Notes under the pieces: generated by a model
What the model saw: only the letters and a program-made list of their open reading frames with translations
What the model was told of the DNA's origin: nothing
The model's database searches: none
Translations under genes and position numbers: made by a program
Origin: Octopus vulgaris
Taxonomy: Eukaryota
Reading direction: 5' to 3'
Assembly (NCBI GenBank): GCA_951406725.2
Contig: OX597816.1
Span: 78,430,001 to 78,494,000, forward strand
DNA: 64,000 bases
Shown here: in pieces, positions 21,344 to 34,351 of the stretch
Layout: each line of letters begins with the position of its first letter
How positions within the stretch are numbered: the stretch's first letter is position 1

Positions 21344-22399
21344 GGTGAAGTAATTCACGAACAGTGAAGTGTTGGAACCTGGGTGAATTGCTTGCTGAGA
21401 TGTGCAGGTAGAGAGATGGTGCTGACGACGTTGGGAAGGACGTGATGGTGGCAATGAAGAAAGAGGTTGCCGTAATGTTGTTGGACGAAGTTGGTGAGTC
21501 TCAACGTGGCTGTTGTGGTGTTGTCGCTGGAACTGACTGTGTCTTTGTGGTCAGAGGCTAGACCTTAAAAGGTCTGGAACCAAAAGACTTCGAAACGAGT
21601 AGAAGGTGAGTTTTTATAAGGAATTGTAGGTTAAAAACTGAGTAGAGAATATGTGATCGTATTTAGGGACTCCGACTGGTTATACTCGGCAGATTCACCA
21701 GAGTCTATGCTACACCATCTTCCTGAAAGTTATGAGGGAAAAAAGTTAGATCGTGTGAATTTTCCGAAACTCCTCTCTCACCCCCTTGGAAAAATTATTT
21801 CCCATAAATCCGTATATACTTTGAAGCCACAACATCTAAGTGGTATTTGTAGAAAAATTTGTTAAAACGTATCCATTTTTCTGGTTGTTATGAGGCAACA
21901 GAGTCGGGGGCGTATACATCTGTAGTAATGCCCTTTTATTTATACGATTTTTCATTTCATGTTTATTTCATTCATTGTTTGCAATGTTTTCTCTCCCCAC
22001 CCGCTCTCTTTCTCACACACACTCTGCAAAGCCTACAGATGGGCTGCTGAACTGAAATCTTTCTGTTGCTTTGAGGGGAAGGTAAAACTTGACAAACTGC
22101 TCCATCTGTTGTTGGACTACCATGATGTTTGTTTAAAAAAGAGATATTATGACTGATAAAATAATGAAAGCAATATTTACTAAGCAAGTGAGAACTATGA
22201 TACAGACAAATAATTTGACTTGAAATCTAAAAATTATTAGAATTGGGAATCAATTGTGAAAATATCATCAAGGGGCTAGCAGAAAACCACCCAGAGGGCG
22301 GTCTTTCTGTTAGTATATATATATGATGATTGCTTCATCTTGATAGATGTTAACCATCCCATCAACTCACACACCACACCCCATCACACAGCACAATCA

Positions 22400-22910
22400 C
22401 TCCATTGATGAGTCCTTAAATGACTTTTAAGACCAGCTGCTGACTGACAAGGTTTAAAACACAAGTGACAGATATTATTCAAGTTTCTTTAATATCTTTG
22501 CCCTTTGGAATCTAATTCCGAAGGAATGTTTTTGTGAAGTAGCATGTCCTTTAAGTCCAGATATTGTCTTACAAGTTTTTTGACATATGACACAAGTCGT
22601 AAGAGGTGGTTGGTATCCAAGATTATTACCTATCAGGCATTACGATTTTCATGTGACTTCGTATGATTCACGTATCCTGCTTTTGACAACAGAGCACGGT
22701 CACATATAATGCATATCCAATGTTCACTGTTGATTACAGTTCTAATTGTTCCTTTGCGACAAGGCCCCTCAAGTTCAAAGTGCTGAATCATCCTTTACTC
22801 GCAGGCATTGCAACCAGTCCTAACAGCACCTCTCCACTTGTTCTGATCTAGAACATCATTTTCCCAATCACTTTTGTTTATATCTAGTTTCTTCAGGTTT
22901 TTCTTCACAA
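22400..22910 (-). mobile_element. RTE-group LINE C-terminal fragment with C2H2 fingers
   Basis: DWENDVLDQNKWRGAV, CIICDRALLSKAGYVNH, CVICQKTCKTISGLKGH and AGLKSHLRTH, with stops. Confidence 0.7.
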
Positions 22911-22949
22911 TTGAAAATATTGGAGTAAAAAATATACGATAACTATAAA

Positions 22950-23195
22950 TGTGTGTGTGTGTGAGTGTGTGTGTGTGTGTGTGTCTGTGTTTGACTCCCC
23001 TTCATTACATGACAACCGATGGTGGTGTGTTTACGTCCCCCGTAACTTAGCGGTTCGCCAAAAGAAACTGATAGAATAATTACTGGGCTTACAAAGAATA
23101 AGTCCTGGGGACAATTTCTTCGACTAAAACTTTTTAAGGCGGTGCTCCAGCATGGCCGCAGTCAAATGACTGAAACAAGTAAAAGAGTAGAAGAA
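22950..23195 (+). mobile_element. SINE family A 3' half
   Basis: (TG)n followed by the core and the GGCGGTGCTCCAGCATGGCCGCAGTCAAATGACTGAAAC tail. Confidence 0.8.
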
Positions 23196-25821
23196 TATAT
23201 GTAGTATATATATATATATATAAAATTAAATTAGGCAGCGGTTTAGCAATGAATCACGAAAAACGAAAGCTATAATTGTCATTAGATATGACAGAAGGGG
23301 TTAGAACACCTACAATGTTAGGTGTTCTATATATGTATGTATGTGTGTGTGTGGACTTTCTGTGCAACATTTTATGGTTATTAGTCAATATAAGGTTACA
23401 CACCCCACTTCTGTTCCCACTCAGTGGCACCCAACATAATGTTCAATATTTGGTGCAAGATTTTCTCTCTTTTCTATCCATTTCTCTATCCATCTCCTCT
23501 CTCTTGTGCGCAAAACCTTCTCCATCTATTTCTATCTCTCTCTCTACCTATATGCTACCTTACTTTCCTTACTACCTTCCATTTCTCCCTCTGTCCATCT
23601 CTGTCAACTACTTTATTCCTTTTTTCTATCTTTATTCCTTTTTTCTCCGCACTCCCTCTTTCTTCGTATTTGCTCTTCTCCAACCCTCTCTACTCCACTC
23701 TTTCTCCCTTTCTGGTACCAAAAGACCCTCTAATTTTTTATCACTCATCTTTTTTTCTACTTGACCAGTGTGTAGGTAAGACATATTTCGTTTCATCCCC
23801 TGCCTACGTTTCATCCCCCACAGACAAAAGCCCCATAGTTAAAGTGTGAAAGTGGGCAAAAGCCACTCGGACAAAAGTCCCACGTTATATATATATTTTT
23901 TTCAGCTTTAACCTGTTTCAGTCATTTGACTGTGGCCATGTTCGGGTACTGCATTGAAGAATTTTTTGTTGAAAGTATTGACGCCAGAATTTTTTTTATT
24001 AATTTATTTTTACTTGCTGCAGTTATTATAATAATAATAAACACATTGTAGGAGTTTCAAACTATTCTCCCCACCTCCCAATTTTGTTACTGTTTCTTTG
24101 ATATGCATATTTTAAAATGATATTTTGCTGAAATACTTATTCAAGAGTGCAAGGGATAAGCATGAGGTGGGGCACAATGAATAGTGCATTTTTGACTATT
24201 TAGTGCATTTTTGACTATTTCAAAAAAATTTTAACAAATTTTCACTACCTTAAAGAAATTATATCAGCTAAGCAAATGATCTTTTCTAAATTCATTAAAG
24301 ATACTATAAAATTCAGAATACTATTTCAGAAAATGCTCTCCCTTCTCTTTGGGCATTAAAAGACAAAGTTAACTGGGGCAAAATGATGAGACAAGATAAA
24401 TTAATTTGCCTCTTTAATTCTCCTGAATTACATTTGAAAAAAGACCCATACGCATCAATATACATCCTTAGATATGAGAAAGATCAGAAATGCAACAAAA
24501 ATTTAAAATACGAAGGTCAAATGAAAGCGGATCATAGAAAAATGGCATATGATATGAAATTAACAGAACTTGACTAAATCAAAAACTCAACATAAAATAT
24601 TCGCTATAGCTTTTTCACGATCTGCTAAAGTGGCTTTCTTCTTGATATGCGTATCACCATGCAGTTAAAGAGAAGAAATTATTGAAATTAGTCATTACTC
24701 ATTTTGCCCCATTTTAGAAAATTATCAATTTAGACAGAGTAGGGGAAAAAAAGGGACTTGGAATCCAACAGAAAAAAGAATATTAATTGTTAAATACCAA
24801 ATTTTTATAAGTAACCTCAATTACGATGGGGTCAAAGATGAGGAAAAATTTCTTGAAAAAAATGTTCTTACCAGCCAACAATCTTTTAAACACTCTTAAC
24901 TTCAACAATTGCGTCGACTAATTTTTATTTCTAAAGATGATGGAACAGGGATCTGATCTTTCTCATTCACAAAGAAATCAGAAATTACTGGTTTTGCCTC
25001 ACTTACCCATTTTGCCCACCCCTAGATTACGTACTATTGACGCTTCCAACATATCAAATCTCTTGGGGAGAAAAAGAAAAAGAAAGAAAGAAAGCTTAAG
25101 TTAAGGAGATTGGTGGTAGCAAAGTTAGTTCGAATGGAGTAAGAACGATCAGAAACTTTCCCACCCTATTTTCCCTCTAAATTTTGTCAACATGATTGTA
25201 ATCTATACGCTTGAAAACATACTTTTGTAAAATACGTGAAAATAGACATTAAAAAAAAACTTATGTAGAAATAAAGTAGGTGAGAGGAGGGAGAATTAGA
25301 AAAAAATAATAATAATGAATTCAAATTTTGGCACAAAGCCAGCAATTTCGGGGGCTGGGGTAAGTCGATTACATCGACCTCTGTGAACAACTGGTACTTA
25401 TTATCAACCTATAATGGGTACAACTCGTAATCTACACTCTTGAAGACGTGTCCCAGAAAAAAGCCTTTAATAAATGTACATTTTTCAGAAAGTTAAAAGA
25501 AAACGAAGTCGTGGGGACACCAGTCATTAATGATATAGAATAGAGTAGTTGATGGGAGCTGAATTAGGAGTGATCGAGGGAAGACTTTTCTTATTTCCAC
25601 AACACTGGTTTATTTTCTTTCAGTTTCCACTGTTATGAATATGAGTCTTACAATCCATTTGCATTTTCGTTTTCTTTTCTTTTCCTTTTTCTGAATCAAT
25701 ATTTCCTTTGACTATAGCCATAGAAATTGAAATCCACCTCTGTAAGCAAACAACACATTCCTTTCATTCAGAACCTGCTGTATTTTCCGGCATCGAGGTT
25801 AGTGTTTTTAATTTTTTTATT

Positions 25822-28017
25822 AGATCTTTTCGGTTTGAACGGCAGTTTTTAACATAATTTCTAGGTAACTAAAAAATTTTAAACGTCGTATACTGCTAGA
25901 ATGTGTTTATAAAACATTTTTTTCTCTTGACTTTCGAAAAGATCCTAGAATTTTCGGTTAATATAGGGCGTTACGATTATCAGAAAATCAAAAAAAAAAT
26001 GTGTGTAATAGGTGTAAAACAACTTCCTATGAACGAATATGAAAACAAAAATTCGCGCACGCGAAAGGGGGTGGGGGAGATCACATCGGGAAGTTCCGAA
26101 AGCGTCTGAGGAGCTGACCCGGGCACCAAAACAAAAAAAAAATAGTGTAATATGTGTAAAACAACTTTCTCTAAACGAATATGACAAAAAAAATACGCTC
26201 TCGCGAAAGAGGGGTGGGGGAGAGGCCTCGGAAAATTTATATCGGGAATTTCCGAAAGCGTTTGAACCGGGCACAAAAACAAAAACAAAAACAGCGTAAT
26301 AGGTGTAAAACAACTTGCTCTAAACGACTATCATGAAAAAAATGCGCGCTCGCGAAAGGGGGTGGGGGAGAGGCTTCGGAAATTTCACATCTTCAGTCCA
26401 CGGCCTTTAAACTAAGAAAAAATAGTGTAATTGGTGTAAAACTACTTGTTCTAAACGAGTATCAAGAACACACACTCACACATGAATCATAAAATCATAT
26501 TTCGCCCCCCCCCCCCCCAAAAATAAAGAGAAGAAATTCTGGAAAAAGTGAAGAAATGTTGGATCTCCGCCATGTGAATCAAAATACGTGTCAGAAACAT
26601 CTTGAAATACTACAGAAATTATGTTTCAAAAATGATAATGTATACATACCTCTTTGAGTGGTCCATCGATAATGATGATAAAGAAATGAGTTGGATTTGA
26701 ACTCAGAATATTGACTAACACAACTACATACTACAAGACTCAAAATATTCAGCCAAGTCACCACCCTTTAACTAGCAATAATAATAACATCAATAACATA
26801 ACAGCCAAAAGATTTATTTGTTCTGAAAATAACAATCATAGTAAATAAATATGTTCTTTAATATTCACATTCATGTGCACAGTTAAACACACTTACATAC
26901 AAACAGTCACGCATGCATAATACAGAACGGAACACATAAATGAAGGATGCATTACTTAGTATATATTACATCTAGAGAATTTTGATTAATAAGTCAAATA
27001 TGCAAATTATAAAGATAATTAATTGCTTTACTAAACAGTGTTGTAAAGGTGAAAAAATAAATTTGGGAAAAAAATACACGCCAAAACTAATTAATAAAGG
27101 ATAATTAGGGAAGGATTGACACAAAATAATAATTTTTTCTGTCTCTTTTTTTCTGATAAATGCATCTTAATAAGTGAGAAGAATTGCATATATCTGAACT
27201 ATTTCAAAGAAAAGCATAAATTTAATGTTTAAAATAGCTTTAACCAAGGAATGAGATCAAACATTTCTTCACTTTTTCCAGAATTTCTTCTCTTTATTTA
27301 TTTTTTTTTTTGCGAAATATGTACAAAAATACGGAGTTTATGATTCATGTGTGAGTGTGTGTTCTTGATACTCGTTTAGAACAAGTAGTTTTACACCAAT
27401 TACACTATTTTTTCTTAGTTTAAAGGCCGTGGACTGAAGATGTGAAATTTCCGAAGCCTCTCCCCCACCCCCCTTTCGCGAGCGCGCATTTTTTTCATGA
27501 TAGTCGTTTAGAGCAAGTTGTTTTACACCTATTACGCTGTTTTTGTTTTTGTTTTTGTGCCCGGTTCAAACGCTTTCGGAAATTCCCGATATAAATTTTC
27601 CGAGGCCTCTCCCCCACCCCTCTTTCGCGAGAGCGTATTTTTTTGTCATATTCGTTTAGAGAAAGTTGTTTTACACATATTACACTATTTTCTTTTTGTT
27701 TTGGTGCACAGGTCAGCTCCTCAGACGCTTTCGGAACTTCCCGATGTGATTTTTCCGAGGCCTCACCCCCACCCCCCCCTTTCGCGTGCGCGAATTTTTG
27801 TTTTCATATTCGTTCATAGGAAGTTGTTTTACACCTATTACACACATTTTTTTTTTGATTTTCTGATAATCGTAACGCCCTATATTAACCGAATTTTCTC
27901 AATAAAGCCAAGAGAAAAAGAATGTTTTATAAACACATTCTACCAGTATACGAAGTTTAAGATTTTTTAGTTACCTAGAAATTATGTTAAAAACTGCCGT
28001 TCAAACCGAAAAGATCC
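25822..28017. mobile_element. 2.2-kb foldback DNA element (Merlin/MULE-like) with ~750-bp modular TIRs
   Basis: AGATCTTTTCGGTTTGAACGGCAG / CTGCCGTTCAAACCGAAAAGATCC ends, 8-bp TSD TTTTTATT (25814-25821, 28018-28025), and three ~145-bp subrepeats per arm. Confidence 0.88.
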
Positions 28018-28984
28018 TTTTTATTTTTAAAGAAAATAAGTTTTGAAAAATTACTGTGCGTTCTTTGAAAGTAAACTACATTTTTCAAGAGTCAATCCGA
28101 AACCCTTTCATTGTCATTGTACTGAAAAAGTACAACGTAATACATGACCATACCAGCACAGTGAAATATAAATATGATTCATCAGATCTATATGTCGCTA
28201 AGCCACTAACAAAACATTAGTAAAACTTGTTAAAGTGCTCAGATCTTGTTTCCATGTTTATCATTGTTTTAAATTTAAAAATTCTAAATTGGGTTACGTT
28301 TTCGAAATTAGCGTGCTTGCTATAAAAAAATTTTTTTGTTTGATCAAGGGGAAACCACTCAATCTCATCAATATTATCAAGTTATTTCCCTTTGACCTAT
28401 TTCCAACTTCGCTGACATCCAAAGTTTATAATCGTAGCTATTGTTATATTGGAACTCGGTTCATTTGTGTATTCCCCCCCCCCCCGGTTAAACTTGTATT
28501 TAGCAGTGTGTACTTATAGTAATTGTTGTTAAGTAACGCGGTGTAATGTTATTTTTATTTTCCTCTTTAATTTTTGTACTTTGAACTGCGTATTTTACAA
28601 TAATTTCTTGATCCGTACCTGTGCTAGAAGGAGTTATTAAAAAGCTTTGGATTGGCAGAATAGTTTGAGAACCAACCAAAATAACTAGCTTTTATATACT
28701 TATTTTATTGCAGAATTTATATACTTGCTATTGTAGCTTCTGTTTATTTTGCAATACGGTGTATTTTTTATTGTTTTTTTTTTGTTCTTTAAACTTCCAC
28801 AATAAAGATGCATAATAACACGCGTTCTCCTAACCATTCAAATTATTTTCAATGTAAGCTAGAGTGACAATTCTTCAGGTGGAGTAGGTTGGGCTGGCAA
28901 CTCTTGGTAAATATTCTGGTGATAGCGAATTCTAAAGAAATCCCTAAAAGATTAATATTTTCTATTCAAAAATCAATAGAACTA

Positions 28985-31320
28985 TCATCTTCATCATCAT
29001 CGTTTAACGTTTGTTTTCCGTGCTGGCATGGGTTGGACAGTTTGACTGAGGTCTGGAGAGCCAACAGCTGCACCAGGCTCCAATTTGATCTGGCAGTTTC
29101 TACAGCTGGATGCCCTTCCTAATGCCAACCACTTTGAGAGTGTAGTGGGTGCTTTTTACATGCCACTGGCACTGGAGCCAATCAAGCAGGCCTGGCATTG
29201 ATCACGTTTGGATGGTGCTTTTTATGTGCCACCAGCACAAGAGCCAGTCATGAGATACTGACATTGGCCCCAATCGGTTCGTGCTTTTTATGTGCCACCA
29301 GCACGGGAGCCAGTCAGGAGGCACTGGCCACTGCTATGATATTGGTTTTATTTGACTCAACAGGTCTTCTCGAGCATATCATATTGCCCGACGCATCAGG
29401 GCCGGGCATGTGTAGCTGCAATCTCACTTTAGTAGCTGGGTCTTCTCAATCACAGCATATCTCCAAAGGTCCCGGTCTCCTGTCATTACCTCTGTGAGGC
29501 CCAATGTTTGAAGGTCATGCTTCATCACATCCTCCCAGGTCTTCCTGGGTCTACCTCTTCCATGGGTTCCCTCCACAGTTAGCAGTGCAGTACTTCTTCA
29601 CACAGCTGTCCTCGTCCATTCATGCACCACATGACCATACCGGCACAGTCTTCTCTCTTGCACACCACATCTGATGCCTCTTATGCTCAACTTTTCTTTC
29701 AGGCTGCTTACACTGTCGTGTATGCACACTGACATTACACATCCAATGGATCATACTAGCTTCATTTCTTTCAAGCCTAAGCATGTCCTCAGCATTCATG
29801 GCCCATGTTTTACTGCCATGTAGCATGGTCGTTTGTACACATGCATCATACAGTCTACCTTTTACCTTGAGTGAGAGGCCCTTTGTTGCCAGCAGAGGTA
29901 GGAGCTCCCTGAACTTTGCCCAGGCTATTCTTACTCTAGTCACTACACTCTCAGACTTGGTTGCCTAGGTAGCGGAAACTATTAACTACTTCTAGTTTCT
30001 CCCCCTGGCATGTGATAGAATCTGTTTTCTGCACATCTTCAGTGTTTATTGCCCCAGTGCATTTGCTACTCACAAAAACTATTTTCCTGGTTAACCTTCC
30101 TATTTTCCCAATTAACCTAATGTAATAAAATTCATAGAACTTTATCAATAGAAGTAATTCAAAAGATGCACATTACCATAAATAATTGTGAGGCTAACAC
30201 ATTGAAACAGTAAGCCATGTTCCAGGTATGTGACACTGGCATTGGCCATGACTATGATTTCACTTAGCTTGATAGGTCTTTTCAAGCACAGCATATCACT
30301 AAAGGTCTTGGTCACTTCTCATTTCCTTCACAAGACCCAGCGTTTGAAGATCATGCTTCACCACCTCATCCTTTGTCTTCCTGGATCTACCTCTTCCATG
30401 GGTTCCCTCCACTATTGCAGTGCAGTACTTCTTCACACAGCTGTCCTCGTCCATATGCACCACATGACCATACCGGCACAGTCTTCTCTCTTGCACACCA
30501 CATCTGATGCCTCTTATGCTCAACTTTTCTCTGAAGACACTTACACCCTATTATGCATGCACACTGACATTTCACATCCAGTGAAGTACACCAGCTTCAT
30601 TTCTTTTGAGCCTTTGCATGTCTTTGGTGATCACAGCCCATGTCTCACTCTGCCTTTTGCTCTGAGGGAGAGGCCATTTGTTACGAACAGAAGCAGGCGC
30701 TCTCTGAACTTTGCCCAGCCTATTCTTATTCTAGTGGCTATGTTCTTGGAGCATCTACCTCTGCTACTGACTTGGTCACCTAGGTAACAGAAGCTATCAA
30801 CTACTAGTTCTCCCCCACTGGCATTTTACGGAGTCCATTTTCTGTGCATTTTTAGTGTTAATTTTACCTGGGCATCTTCCACAAACAAAAGTTATTTTCC
30901 CTGTTAACCTTCTTCTAATATTGCTGCACCTCTAATGTGTTTATAGCTTACACCAGGTACATAGTATGGTGTTTCAACCTACACCTTTTTTGCAGATTGA
31001 GCAAGGCCATCTACCTGAAGGGATTTGTGATTTGTCTGCTCTCCTATTTACTAAGACTTTGCTTTTTATTAGCTTAACTCTTAAGGCCCTTTGATTCTAG
31101 ACCTTGCTTTCATGTCTGAAATTTCTTCTCTAGTTCTGGTAGTGATTCAGCTATAAGAACAAGATCATCAGCATGGAGGAGCCCTCAGGGGCAGCTCATC
31201 TTAAATTCCTCTGTTATTGCCTGAAGGACCTTGATGGGTGGGTGTGGACTAATCATCGGTGAACCCTACTTGTACTCTGAATTCATTGCTAAACTCATTG
31301 CTAACCTTACTGACAGCATC
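28985..31320 (-). mobile_element. Two degenerate RTE LINE copies (~28985-30100 and ~30220-31320)
   Basis: LLHADDLVL, PCSICKKGVG (Cys-rich insert), FRYLG, RIAWAKFRELLPLL, YGHVVHMDE and a (CAT)n tail. Confidence 0.85.
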
Positions 31321-31348
31321 TAGAATTCTCCTGTGGAGAACTATCAAG

Positions 31349-31381
<33 letters not shown>

Positions 31382-31387
31382 TTATGT

Positions 31388-31781
31388 GGAGGCGCAATGG
31401 CCCAGTGGCCCAGTGGTTAGGGCAGCGGACTCGTGGTCATAGGATCACGGTTTCGATTCCCAGACCGGGCGTTGTGAGTGTTTATTGAGCGAAAACACCT
31501 AAAGCTCCATGAGGCTCTGGCAGAGGATGGTGGTGATCCCTGCTGAACTCTTTCACCACAACTTTCTCTCACTCTTACTTACTGTTTCTGTTGTACCTGT
31601 ATTTCAAAGGGCCAGCCTTGTCACTCTCTGTGTCACGCTGAATATCTCCGAGAACTACGTTAAGGGTGCACATGTCTGTGGAGTGCTCAGCCACTTACAC
31701 GTTAATTTCACGAGCAGGCTGTTCCGTTGATTCGGATCAACCGGAACCCTCATCGTCATAACCGACGGAGTGCTTCCATCC
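31388..31781 (+). mobile_element. tRNA-derived SINE, family C
   Basis: A box TGGCCCAGTGG (duplicated), B box GGTTTCGATTCC, and 15-bp TSD ATTATTATTTTATGT. Confidence 0.85.
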
Positions 31782-31814
31782 ATTATTATTTTATGTTTGA
31801 CTTTCGCTTTACAT

Positions 31815-33475
31815 TTGTACAAGTTGGCATGGGTGGACTATAGGAAAGCATATGACACAGTCCCACACTCATGGATTGTTCAATGCCTTAAACTGCTTAA
31901 GGCCTCACACAATATCCTGAAGCTAATACAAAACTCAATGACAACGTGGTGAACTGAACTCACAGCATGGGGAGATACGCTGGGAGAGGTAAATATCAAA
32001 AGAGAAATCTTTCAAGAGGACAGTCTGTCGCCTTTCCTATTTGTTGTCTGTATACTGCCACTAACCAGCGTTTTAAGAGAGATGCATGTAGGATACATGC
32101 TAGGCAGGGTGAAAGTAAACAACCTGTGGTTTATGGATAACCTAAGGCTATTCGCTAAGACTGAGAAAGAAATTGAGAGTTTGATGGCAACTGTGCAGAT
32201 GATTAGCAAAGATATTGGCATGGAATTTGAGATCAAGAAATGTGGTGAATGATTCTCAAAAGGGGGAAAATCAGTAAAAGCCAAGGGATCAAGCTGGAAA
32301 GTGGTGAAAGTAAATGGAATTCAGAGAGGAAGGATATAAGTACCTGGGCATCACTGAAAGAGATAAGATGAATGAACACAAGATGAAAGAAATGTTCAGG
32401 AAAGAGTATTTGCAGAGAATTGGCTTGTGCTCCAATTGAAGCTAAATGGCCACTATAAGATTAGAGCAATTAACATGTGGGCTGTTGCCTTGATGAGATA
32501 TGGGGCAGGAATAGTATCTTGGAAGAAGCATGAATTACAAGAGATAGACTGGAGAACACGTAAATTAATGACAATGAACAAAGAACTACACCCCAAGAGT
32601 GATGTGTCAAGATTGTATGTAAAGAGGAGAGAGTGGGGACAGGGATTAGTGTGTTGTGGAGGTTGTGAAAGAGAAGAGGAGAATAGCCTGGCTTGGTATG
32701 TCAAGGGAAGTAAGGAAGAAATGATTGAAGCAGTAAAAATGCAAGGAACCTTAAAAGTGAACAAAGCTGTAGATCCAATACAATTTAAGAAAGACTAGAG
32801 AGAGCAAATGAAAAAAATATGGCAGGACATGAAAATGCACAATCAGTTCTTGAAGAATAAAGATGAGAACAAGCTGTTAGGCTCAAAGTGATCCAGAAGA
32901 CATCATTGTTGGGTACAGCTTGCATTCTAAGGAAAGTATTGTCTCTTTGAGTCACAAGAGAAGGCACTACTTGAAACCTTTGGTGATTTGTTGTTGCCTG
33001 CTTTCAAGTAAAGAACAACCAGTAATTAAGAACTATCTGAGAGGCTTTCATAATAATAATAATGAGAATGTCAGAATGAAAACACAAGAATAAGACTGAA
33101 AAGAAAATGTAGAGTAAGAGATAATGGTTATAATGAGATATTGGAAGAATTGAAATAAGCAGTAGTAACAATCAAGGTAAAACTGGAAAGACCTAACAGT
33201 AGAACAAAACAGTTTAGGCAAAACAGATTGTTTGAAGCAAATCAGAAGAAACTGTTTCAGAGCCTAGATGGGCAATTACACATAACGATGATACCAGATG
33301 CAGACGAAAGCAGGGAATTATGGGGAGGGATATAGGACCAACCTGTAAAGCATAATGATGAAACGGAGTGACTGTATGAAATCCAAGAGAGGTTAAGAAA
33401 AATAGAAAGCCAAGACATCATAAAAATAACTACAGAAATGATAAAAATAAAAAGCAATTAAGGAAAATCCTAATT
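31815..33475 (+). mobile_element. R4/Dong-clade LINE fragments in (TAA)n
   Basis: AWVDYRKAYDTVPHSWI, FQEDSLSPFLF, YKYLG, HPKSDVSRLYVKR and SLLGTACILRKVL, followed by (TAA)n at ~33050 and then a second, more N-terminal fragment. Confidence 0.85.
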
Positions 33476-33479
33476 TAGA

Positions 33480-33990
33480 AGAGTTAGATGCGATGTTGTT
33501 TAAGCAGGAGTAGCTCACCGTGACATGATGGGTATTGAAGAGTTTGTAATACTTGTGGCCTCTGGGGAAGTGTTTCTTAATTAACGACAAAAAGCCCCTG
33601 GCTATGTTGGTGGAAACTTCTAGGCTGAAAGGGGTGGGTTATATCAGATATTTTTCTTTTACCTAATCCTTTTGCGGGTGAGGAGAGAGGGTTTGGGGAT
33701 TATCCACATATGTGAGCTTCTCAGTAAACCCACTCCTAGACAAAGCATCGTTGTAGTGGGTGATAGCCCTATTAAAGGTCTCCCTGGAAACCAAGAGCTT
33801 AGATACAATTACGCAACCGATTTCCTGTCCATCATGCAGTTGATTTCTTGTTTACCATGTGGTATTTTCCAAGTAACTGTTGTCACTGAGATACCAACAT
33901 CAAATCGCAATGGTCGCCTTTTTAAGTTGGTGAATGCTGCCATAACCCTTGCCTTCAGTTCATCCATGATTTATGGCTCTGCCACTTAAA
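33480..33990 (-). mobile_element. Penelope-like element ORF fragment
   Basis: FLSLIKKHFPRGHKYYKLFNTHHVTVSYSCLNNI resembles the PLE RT-to-GIY-YIG linker. Confidence 0.7.
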
Positions 33991-34263
33991 CTGTCTCTTA
34001 CTCTATCTATAAAAGATAGATTCTTGTTTTTGTCTCCACTAGACCTGATAGAATAGTATTAACCCCCCTCCCCCAATAGTAAATCTAAATAGCAAAGTAA
34101 AATCAATGATAAGCAGTTTCTCCATAAAAAAATATTAATTACTACCATGTTTCTGTTGATGAAACTTGTTTCTCTGTCTACTTACTTACCCTCTTTGTGA
34201 TGTTGGTAAATGGAATAAGTATAAAAATGAATCTTGTCAATTTAACTATATTCTATATTTATA

Positions 34264-34351
34264 TGCAGCTGAAGATTGCTCTACATTTTAAAACTGATGT
34301 AATACTTGCATTGTTTAATTAAATGGAGTTGCATGAAACGATCGTACTGCA
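34264..34351 (+). ncRNA. Type I hammerhead ribozyme
   Basis: TGCAG-CTGAAGA-TTGC...GCAT-GAAAC-GATC-GTA-CTGCA has an intact core, a GUA cleavage triplet and a palindromic stem III. Confidence 0.8.

Noticed and set aside
24140-25035. pogo-like MITE (GGGGCAAAATG motifs)
   Set aside because: Only one plausible end and no TSD pair could be established.
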